Positions 9,406-17,354 of a DNA stretch of 64,000 nt are shown in pieces. The notes beneath the pieces are model-generated. The model had not been told where the DNA came from and searched no databases. It saw only the letters and a list, made by a program, of their open reading frames with translations. The first letter of the stretch is position 1; every line of letters starts with the position of its first letter. The DNA lies in NCBI GenBank assembly GCA_016784605.1, contig JADHUI010000006.1, forward strand, positions 2,476 through 66,475. The letters are read 5' to 3'. The stretch comes from Fidelibacterota bacterium (GTDB lineage Bacteria; Fidelibacterota; Marinisomatia; Marinisomatales; UBA1611). A program made the position numbers and the translations under genes.

Positions 9406-10794
9406 ATGAAAAATAATTTATTAAAATATAGTATGGTTCCCATTTTTGCTATTAGCTTTCTATTCGCCCAATCGTCAGCTGGGACTATTGCTTCAAGTGA
9501 GGCGGAAAGTCCTACTTTGGTAACAATTCATGCAGAAGATGCCCATTTGCCTGGAATACTTTCTATTCTAGCAAAAGAAAGTGGATATAATATTGTTACA
9601 GATCCCAATGTAAATCAGCAAGATAAAATTACGATTCATTTAGACAATGTGCCCATTGAACAAGCTATCAACTTAGTTGTGAGAGCCGTTGGGCTGAGCT
9701 ATGAAGTTGTTGGGAATTCTTTCCTTGTTGCAGAACCAAACAAACTCAGGGAAGAAGTGGGTGTTTCTTCTTATGTGCTTAATTTGAAATATGCCAATGC
9801 ATTGGAAGTTCAATCCATGTTAACAGATATCACAAAGCAAGTTCAGGTTGATACGTCTGGAAATAAACTTATTATTAATGCTTCGCCGAAAAAAATTGCA
9901 GAAATTGAAGATATGGTTCTTCAAATTGATGTGCCAGCCATTCAAATTATGTTAGAAACGCGGTTGATTGAAGTTTCCGTGGATGCAGAAGAGCAATTGG
10001 GGATAGATTGGTCAAAAATCACATCCATTTCTTCTGTCATTGGTGAAAATGCCACACCCACAACATCCAACGATGGTATTCCGGGGGCAGGTGCAGCTAC
10101 TGGGAGTCAACCTTTAGAAAAATTAAAATGGGGTTCTTGGGCGGACCAAACAATCATACCTCGATATTTCAGTCGCCAACTTATTGGATTTAATTTAGTC
10201 ATTGATATGTTATTAAAGAGCAATAAAGCAGAAATATTAGCTAATTCTCGATTAACAACTTTAAATGGGCGCCAAGCATCCATCGATTTATTGGATATCG
10301 TTCCTTACATTTTAAGTTCCGGAGGCGTTGGCGGTCAAGTTCAAGTTCAACGCGAGGAAGTGGGGATCAAATTAAAAATTCTTCCTGCGGTGAATTTGGA
10401 TGAATTTATCACAGTACGAGTTGAACCTGAAGTTTCATCCATTTTTGAGTTTATTGGGCCGGATAAAAATATTCCTAGAGTTAAAAGTAGAAAATCTTCT
10501 ACGACGATTCGAGTTAAAAATGGAGAATCTGTTATTATAGGTGGTTTATTATCTCGAGATAAAAAGAATACAACTTTTAAATTTCCAGTATTGCATAGAA
10601 TTCCATGGATTGGAAAAAAACTATTTATTAGTAATAATGTGGTGGAAAGAAAAACAGATTTAATTATTCAAATAACGCCACACATTGTAAAAGACAATTA
10701 TACAGGCATAACAAAATCGTCAGACATGGAATCGTTTGAAAACGATTCGGTTAATGAGTCTAATAAGCCTTCACAAGATGGAACAGGGGAATAA
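9406..10794 (+). CDS. pilQ: Secretin (PilQ-like, no AMIN domains)
   Basis: Signal peptide, STN-like domain, LKYANA, QIMLETRLIEV, VGIKLKILP, TTIRVKNGESVIIGGL, PVLHRIPWIGKKLF, LIIQITPHIV. Confidence 0.9.
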   Translation: MKNNLLKYSMVPIFAISFLFAQSSAGTIASSEAESPTLVTIHAEDAHLPGILSILAKESGYNIVTDPNVNQQDKITIHLDNVPIEQAINLVVRAVGLSYEVVGNSFLVAEPNKLREEVGVSSYVLNLKYANALEVQSMLTDITKQVQVDTSGNKLIINASPKKIAEIEDMVLQIDVPAIQIMLETRLIEVSVDAEEQLGIDWSKITSISSVIGENATPTTSNDGIPGAGAATGSQPLEKLKWGSWADQTIIPRYFSRQLIGFNLVIDMLLKSNKAEILANSRLTTLNGRQASIDLLDIVPYILSSGGVGGQVQVQREEVGIKLKILPAVNLDEFITVRVEPEVSSIFEFIGPDKNIPRVKSRKSSTTIRVKNGESVIIGGLLSRDKKNTTFKFPVLHRIPWIGKKLFISNNVVERKTDLIIQITPHIVKDNYTGITKSSDMESFENDSVNESNKPSQDGTGE

Positions 10795-10795
10795 C

Positions 10796-13717
10796 ATGAA
10801 ATTATTAAATCATACAAAACAGATATTTATCGTTGTTGCAATGGGAATATCACTTCAGTTCTTTGGTTGTGATGAACGAATTGCAGTAGACGAAGATGCC
10901 AATTATACAATTACTATTACACAAAAAGCATTCGTTGGATCTACATATTCTTCCTTTTCGGATGAAAATGTTGTTGGTGAAGATGTTGTTGGTGAGGCTA
11001 TTTCAACATTGATTGAAGCAAAATTAACAGATGAAGATGGAAAAGCCATCAAAGATAAAACAATTTATTTCTCAAGTAGAGATAATTACGGTTCTACGGA
11101 TATAGATGAGGGGAAAACAGGCGAAGATGGCATCATTACTGTTGTCTATACAGATGGCGCTGGTGATGGTGCTGTTGACATTGCATCCACATCTACATTT
11201 GAAGGTGTAACCGTCACGGCCAAGTATTCTGATAAAGTAACTGCAGATGCCACATTCAATGTATATAGTTCACAAAATGATGTTTGGCCTTATGCGATTA
11301 ATATTAGTACAGATAAACCGTCTATATTATTGGATGGAAGTGCAACAAATGCAAATATTTCGGTTACATTAGCAAACAAATTAGGATCGGCTGGTGGAAA
11401 TATGACTGTTGAATTTTCAGCGGATAAAGGTGGGTATAATGCAAATGGAAGTAAAACAGCTACTCTGTCAACAGATACGGACGGAAAAGGAAGTATTGTT
11501 TTTGATGAAAATAACACTTTAGAAGATTTGGGCTTAGCTATGCTTGTAGCAAGCTATACGCACTCAGGGTTTGGAGCAACGGTATCTGATACAACTTATA
11601 TTTCTATATCAGATATTTATACTGTTCAAATGAATACATATTCTGGTGCTTTCAATGAAAATAATGAATTTGTTTTAGTCGGTGAAGATATTGCAGGTGA
11701 TTATTCGCAAACTTTATTGGTTGCATCTGTATCAGACACAGCTAATAATCCAGTTTCGGGTGTTGAATTAACAATGACGACAAAAGTATCTGGCGAAGAT
11801 GTAGGCACAATCCAATATCTTAATTCAGTTACAGATTCCGAAGGGCTAATTCGTGCGTATTTTGATGATGGTGGTAATAGTTATTCTGATACGCCTGGAA
11901 CGCCAAGCTTTGAAGGTGTTATTGCGAGTGCGACCTACGGAAATAATAATGATGTATCCATTCAATTTAACGTTTACAATCAGGAAGATGTGTGGCCATA
12001 TTCGCTCATAATGACATCAGACGTCGATGTGATTTATATTGATGGTGGAGAAACAAAAGCTAAAATTACATCACGACTACTCAACGCAATGGGAAATCCT
12101 GTTGAAAATGTGTTGATTTCCTATGAATCTACATTAGGATTTATCCCGTCGGTTGGAAATGAAACAGATTCCACTGGTGTTGACTCTGTCGAATTTACCG
12201 ATTTGGGTGATCCCAACGAAGTGGGTGTATCCGAGGTAACAGGTAGCTTCATTCACCCAGGGTTCCCAGGCAATAGCATTACAAATTCTTTAGAAATTTA
12301 TATAGAAGATCAATCTTTTCAATCATGTGCTTTTATTGAAATTCCACCTTCAAATCCAGGACAAATTGTTGTAAGAGATGGGGGAGGAATTGAATCAACG
12401 ACCATTAAAGCAGAAGTATATGATGATGGGGGTAACTTAATTGATTCACCCACACCCGTAACATTTAAATTAAATCCTGTGCTTGCGGGCGCTTATCTTG
12501 AAGATGCAGGCGAATCAGAAGTAACGATTTATACGGTTAATGGTGTGGCAACCGTTTCAGTTAATAGCGGTGCAGAACCGGGTGTTATTCGCATTGAGGT
12601 AGACGTGGATTGCGATGAAGATGGAAATGTGGATTTATCTGCAAGTAAAGATCAAGCTATTATTGCTGCTGGTGCTCCATACAATATTGAACCAGAATAT
12701 GATCCTCAATCTACAGAATCAATTGGTGGTGGGTTTTACCAAACTGAAGTTGGGGCTATTGTTTATGACAAATGGTACAATCCAGTCGAATGTAGCACAT
12801 ATGTCTATTGGACAATCGATCCTACACCTCCAGATACAATAATTGATGCGTTTGTTCAAGGTGTTAGTTTTACCTGTAATGAAAATATGACGGGTGATAC
12901 CTACGATGGTGTCGCATTTTCATCCATCACTTACTCTACAGATGCCATTGGTGATATTGGTCTTGTTTCAGCTACAACTTATGGTGCAAATGGAGACACA
13001 ATTACAGCCCAAATTAATGAAGGAGACGGGGACGCTGTGATGTTTTTTGTCCCAGGAGCATTAACATTATTAGCTTCAACACAATATTGGGATTTTACTC
13101 TACCCACAGCCACGGATGAAGCTGAAATAACAATTACAGCCATGTTAATTGATTATTATGGAAATCCCGTTGTAAACGCACCTATTGCTTTCTCTGGGAT
13201 GGGGGTTTCCGAATGGCGTGAAGTGGGTTACGAATCTTATACGGATGGAAGTAATAGTTTAGCCGCTGATGGTTGTTTCACTTGGCGAGATTATGGAGCC
13301 GATGATAATCCGGAAACATTAGATATGGGGACCTTTAATAATATGCATGATGCTTTTGATACAACAGGCAATGGCGAATGGGATGTAGCGGAAGTATCTG
13401 AAACCTTTGATGATTTTGGAAAAGATGGTATTGATGGCACATTTGATGAAGGTGAAAACAATGGAAAATGGGATGGATATCCTATGATTGATTGTGGCCC
13501 GCTTGTCCTTACGGACAAAGATGGTTTTGCTCGAATCACTGCCGTTTTCCCTAAAGAATTATGTTTGTGGCAAAGCACGGATGATGAATCTGGCTTATGT
13601 ACATTTGAAGATTTCACTGGGTCTATTTCAGCTAATTTGATGATTCCGCAACAAACCGCAAGCGATCCTCTTGATATTCAATTGGTTAGATCTCAAACAA
13701 ACGTAGGATGTCCATAA
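10796..13717 (+). CDS. Invasin/intimin-like (Big_1 Ig repeat) surface lipoprotein
   Basis: Likely start is ATG 10796, giving lipobox FFGC; Ig-like repeats (A.V.D..GNPV, TD.DG); duplicated FEGV..FNVY..DVWPY unit; Cys-rich C-terminus. Confidence 0.7.
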   Translation: MKLLNHTKQIFIVVAMGISLQFFGCDERIAVDEDANYTITITQKAFVGSTYSSFSDENVVGEDVVGEAISTLIEAKLTDEDGKAIKDKTIYFSSRDNYGSTDIDEGKTGEDGIITVVYTDGAGDGAVDIASTSTFEGVTVTAKYSDKVTADATFNVYSSQNDVWPYAINISTDKPSILLDGSATNANISVTLANKLGSAGGNMTVEFSADKGGYNANGSKTATLSTDTDGKGSIVFDENNTLEDLGLAMLVASYTHSGFGATVSDTTYISISDIYTVQMNTYSGAFNENNEFVLVGEDIAGDYSQTLLVASVSDTANNPVSGVELTMTTKVSGEDVGTIQYLNSVTDSEGLIRAYFDDGGNSYSDTPGTPSFEGVIASATYGNNNDVSIQFNVYNQEDVWPYSLIMTSDVDVIYIDGGETKAKITSRLLNAMGNPVENVLISYESTLGFIPSVGNETDSTGVDSVEFTDLGDPNEVGVSEVTGSFIHPGFPGNSITNSLEIYIEDQSFQSCAFIEIPPSNPGQIVVRDGGGIESTTIKAEVYDDGGNLIDSPTPVTFKLNPVLAGAYLEDAGESEVTIYTVNGVATVSVNSGAEPGVIRIEVDVDCDEDGNVDLSASKDQAIIAAGAPYNIEPEYDPQSTESIGGGFYQTEVGAIVYDKWYNPVECSTYVYWTIDPTPPDTIIDAFVQGVSFTCNENMTGDTYDGVAFSSITYSTDAIGDIGLVSATTYGANGDTITAQINEGDGDAVMFFVPGALTLLASTQYWDFTLPTATDEAEITITAMLIDYYGNPVVNAPIAFSGMGVSEWREVGYESYTDGSNSLAADGCFTWRDYGADDNPETLDMGTFNNMHDAFDTTGNGEWDVAEVSETFDDFGKDGIDGTFDEGENNGKWDGYPMIDCGPLVLTDKDGFARITAVFPKELCLWQSTDDESGLCTFEDFTGSISANLMIPQQTASDPLDIQLVRSQTNVGCP

Positions 13718-13721
13718 AATT

Positions 13722-15443
13722 ATGACGACAAATTTCAATCCACAATTCTCCAAAATTGGAGAAATATTAATACATCTAGGGAAAATTAATGAATCTCAAA
13801 TGAATGAAGCGTTAGCTCAACAGAAGAAGAGTCATGACAAATTCGGGCAAGCATTAATTGATTTGAATATTATAGAAGAAGACGACTTTGCTTCTGCATT
13901 CGCACTGCAATTGGGAGCGAAAAAAGCAGATAATTTTCTACTACTTGAAGCGGATGTTGCCGTTGCCGCCTTGATTCCAGAAGATTTTGCTCGATCTAAT
14001 AGAGTTTTAGCTGTTAGTCGCAATGAATCCACTATTGTTGTGGCTATGGAGGACCCTGAAGATCTGGTAGCCATTGACTCAATAAAAAGATTAACAAACT
14101 TAAATCCAGAGCCATTAGTCGCAGGTGCTTCATTATTGGAAAAAGCGTTGGATAAAGTTTATGGTGATATCCAAAAAACAGCTGAAGTCAGCCAAACGAT
14201 TGATGATATTAAAATTATTTCTGGAGATGAAGGTTCACAAGAAGTCGTTGATTTGTCTCCCGATAAAGCATCTGAAGAAGATGCGCCAATTGTCAAATTA
14301 GTGAATTTGATTTTTAAGGAGGCTATTAAAGAACGGGCGACAGATATTCACGTAGAGCCACAAGAAAAAAAGGTGATTATTCGAATCCGGATTGATGGTG
14401 TATTGCAAACGATTATGACACCTCCATCTACGTCTCTTAGTGGTTTGGTGACACGTATTAAGATTTTATCAAAATTGAATATTGCAGAAAAGAGATTACC
14501 GCAAGATGGGCGTTTTTCCATTAAATCATCCCAAAAAGACATTGATGTGCGTGTTTCTATTTTACCAACAGTCTATGGCGAAAAAATAGTCATGCGATTA
14601 TTGGATAAAACGGGCTTTGATTTTAATTTAACCTCTCTTGGATTTCCTCAGGAAAATTTAAAAATATTTAAGAAAATTATCAGCCAGCCATATGGAATGG
14701 TTGTTGTTTCAGGTCCGACTGGGTCGGGTAAATCAACATCTTTGTATGCTGCTTTAAAAGAGATAAAAAGTGATTCAACCAATATCACAACAGTAGAAGA
14801 TCCAGTTGAATATCAATTGGATGGCGTGAATCAAGTTCAAGTTTTTGAAGATATTGGATTAACATTTGGCTCTACATTACGATCGATTCTTAGGCAGGAT
14901 CCAGATGTTTTACTTATTGGTGAAATCCGAGATGGGGAAACAGCGGATATTGCTGTTAAATTTTCACTGACTGGACACCTTGTATTCTCAACGGTGCATG
15001 CCAATGATGCAGCGGGTACAATCACGCGATTACTGGATATAGGCATTCAGCCATTTTTAGTAGGCTCTTGTTTAAATATGGTAATGGCTCAAAGGCTCGT
15101 TAGGCGAATTTGCAGTAATTGCAAGGAAGAGTATACACCAACGGCAGAAGAACTTGCACTGGTTGGATTAGACGTTTCAAAAGTGTCGGGACCTTTATAC
15201 CATGGAAAAGGGTGCGCAGATTGTCGAAATACTGGGTATCATGGAAGAATAGCCATTTTTGAAATGATTCCAATGGGCAGGGATATTCGAAAACTTGTTT
15301 TTGAGAATGCGAATGAAGATGAAATAAGACAAAGCGCTTTGGATGCGGGAATGGTAACCTTAAGAGATAATGGTATTCGTCGTATTTTAGATGGAACAAC
15401 CACAGTTGAAGAAATTTTACGCTCAACGGTAGAAGACTTTTAA
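13722..15443 (+). CDS. pilB: Type IV pilus extension ATPase
   Basis: ATDIHVEP, EKRLPQDGRF, GPTGSGKST, LRQDPD, Zn motif CSNC..CADC, MshEN-like N-terminus. Confidence 0.93.
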   Translation: MTTNFNPQFSKIGEILIHLGKINESQMNEALAQQKKSHDKFGQALIDLNIIEEDDFASAFALQLGAKKADNFLLLEADVAVAALIPEDFARSNRVLAVSRNESTIVVAMEDPEDLVAIDSIKRLTNLNPEPLVAGASLLEKALDKVYGDIQKTAEVSQTIDDIKIISGDEGSQEVVDLSPDKASEEDAPIVKLVNLIFKEAIKERATDIHVEPQEKKVIIRIRIDGVLQTIMTPPSTSLSGLVTRIKILSKLNIAEKRLPQDGRFSIKSSQKDIDVRVSILPTVYGEKIVMRLLDKTGFDFNLTSLGFPQENLKIFKKIISQPYGMVVVSGPTGSGKSTSLYAALKEIKSDSTNITTVEDPVEYQLDGVNQVQVFEDIGLTFGSTLRSILRQDPDVLLIGEIRDGETADIAVKFSLTGHLVFSTVHANDAAGTITRLLDIGIQPFLVGSCLNMVMAQRLVRRICSNCKEEYTPTAEELALVGLDVSKVSGPLYHGKGCADCRNTGYHGRIAIFEMIPMGRDIRKLVFENANEDEIRQSALDAGMVTLRDNGIRRILDGTTTVEEILRSTVEDF

Positions 15444-16690
15444 TGGCTGTTTTTCAATATCTAACCAAGGACGAGGATGGAAACCGTAAAGAAGGTGAAA
15501 TCCATGCTGATTCCTTAGATATTGCCGCTCAAAAGTTATCAAGTGGAGGCATGGTTGTCGTTAACTTGAAAGAAGTGGATACAACATGGGATTTTCTGGG
15601 TCCATTTCTAGATGAAGTTTCCTTGTCCATTGAACGATTTAAAAACCGTATTCCATTAAGTAATATAGTTTTCTTTACTCGGCAATTATCAACAATGTTT
15701 TCCGCAGGACTGACAATCGAACGTGCCATTATGGGTCTTGCTCTGGAAGAAAAACATAAAAAATTCAAAAAAGTATTAACAAATGTTGGTGAAAATATTC
15801 GTAAAGGGCTCAACTTGTCTGAATCGCTAGAAAGACATCCGGGAGTCTTTTCCAATTTATTTGTTGCTTTAACAAAAGCGGGTGAAGTGAGTGGAAACTT
15901 AAATGATATTTTAGATCAATTGGCCACCTATTTAGAAAACTTGGATGATACGCGACGAAAAGTTCGTTCTGCAATGAATTATCCAATTTTCATGGTTGTT
16001 TTTCTTGCGAGTATGATTGGGGCAATGTTCATATTTATTATACCAAAATTTTCAGAAGTTTATGAACAGTTAGGGGCTGGATTACCTGGAGCGACAAGAG
16101 CTCTTGTGAATTTGAGTGATTGGATAAGTTTTCATTTTTACAGCATGTCTATGGTGTTGATTATGATCATTGTTGGACTTTGGCTTATTTCAAAAACCAA
16201 AAAAGGGGGCTATATCTTTGATTCTGTTTTTTTAAAACTCCCTGTTTTCGGGCCATTAATTGACCAATCTATATTGAATAAATTTTGCAAAACATTTGGA
16301 ATACTTTTAGGAGCGGGGGTTCCAGTTTTAGATACAATGGCTTTATTAAAAAAAGTTGTAGATAATCGAGTTTACGAAAAAGCGATTGAAGATGCGGCTA
16401 ATTATATTCGAGATGGATATAATATCTCAACAGCATTAAGAAGAACGGAAGTTTTTCCTTCCATTTTACTTCAATTAGCTTCCACGGGTGAAGAAACAGG
16501 TGAACTGGATTCTCTTTTAGATCGAGCTGCAGATTATTATTTTAAACAAGTGAATGCGCTTGTTGATAGAATGACTTCCTTAATTGAGCCCATTCTAATT
16601 TTAGCTGTGGGTGCAGTCATTGCTTTGATGGTGGTTATCACTTATTTGCCCGTATTTTATTTGGGATCAGCGTTGCAGTCTGGATTATAA
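15443..16690 (+). CDS. pilC: Type IV pilus platform protein (GspF/PilC family)
   Basis: FTRQLSTMFSAGL, GEVSGNL, AMNYP, GEETGELD, LIEP. Confidence 0.93.
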   Translation: MAVFQYLTKDEDGNRKEGEIHADSLDIAAQKLSSGGMVVVNLKEVDTTWDFLGPFLDEVSLSIERFKNRIPLSNIVFFTRQLSTMFSAGLTIERAIMGLALEEKHKKFKKVLTNVGENIRKGLNLSESLERHPGVFSNLFVALTKAGEVSGNLNDILDQLATYLENLDDTRRKVRSAMNYPIFMVVFLASMIGAMFIFIIPKFSEVYEQLGAGLPGATRALVNLSDWISFHFYSMSMVLIMIIVGLWLISKTKKGGYIFDSVFLKLPVFGPLIDQSILNKFCKTFGILLGAGVPVLDTMALLKKVVDNRVYEKAIEDAANYIRDGYNISTALRRTEVFPSILLQLASTGEETGELDSLLDRAADYYFKQVNALVDRMTSLIEPILILAVGAVIALMVVITYLPVFYLGSALQSGL

Positions 16691-17340
16691 TGGATATTGT
16701 GAAAATTATTCTCCCTTTAATTCTTGGTGTGGCGGCTGCTTCAGCGATGAAATATGTTTTCATCTTTTTTAATGTAGAAAAACCTAAATCAGTATCAAAT
16801 CTGCCAATTTATGAATTAATGATGGGTCTTTTATGGGCTTGGGCTTTTGTTAAACTCCCTTTATTTGAAGCAGGATTATTTTCAATAATTACATTAATCA
16901 TAAGTGTCATTGCATGGATTGATTTAAAATCATTTAAAATTCCATTACTCCTTATCGCTCTATCAGGATTAATATTATTTGGAGCTATTTTAGTGGGGCA
17001 AATTCCATTATCGTCCGCATTATGGGGTTTAGGTATTGGCGCGATTATTCCTTGGGTTATTATGGTTGTTACATCTTTATTTACCAAACGGGATGGAATG
17101 GGAATAGGCGATTTCCAATTAGGATTCATTCTTGGCATTTGGTTAGGACCCGTTCGAATGGCACTCACATTATTTACAGCAAGTTTATTCAGCTTGTTAA
17201 CATGGACATTTATTTCTTTGTCCTTGGGATTTGATAAAGACCGCGCTTTACCATTTGCCCCTTTTTTAGTTTTCGCAGGATTAGATATTTATATAGCTAG
17301 TTATTATTACCCAAAATTTTTCCACCATTTGATGATTTAA
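16690..17340 (+). CDS. pilD: Prepilin peptidase (A24), lacking the Cys4 methyltransferase region
   Basis: WIDLKSFKIP (Asp1), GMGIGDFQL (Asp2), LPFAPF; the protein has no cysteine. Confidence 0.85.
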   Translation: MDIVKIILPLILGVAAASAMKYVFIFFNVEKPKSVSNLPIYELMMGLLWAWAFVKLPLFEAGLFSIITLIISVIAWIDLKSFKIPLLLIALSGLILFGAILVGQIPLSSALWGLGIGAIIPWVIMVVTSLFTKRDGMGIGDFQLGFILGIWLGPVRMALTLFTASLFSLLTWTFISLSLGFDKDRALPFAPFLVFAGLDIYIASYYYPKFFHHLMI

Positions 17341-17354
17341 TTAGAGAGGAATTA

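Noticed and set aside
10736-10795. ORF-track N-terminal extensions (also 23639, 26585, 45243, 54131)
   Set aside because: Downstream ATGs give proper signal peptides, SD sites or stop/start coupling
1396-17340. Cluster as a plain type II secretion system
   Set aside because: A PilT with AIRNLIRE and a separate cytoplasmic PilM indicate a retractile type IVa pilus
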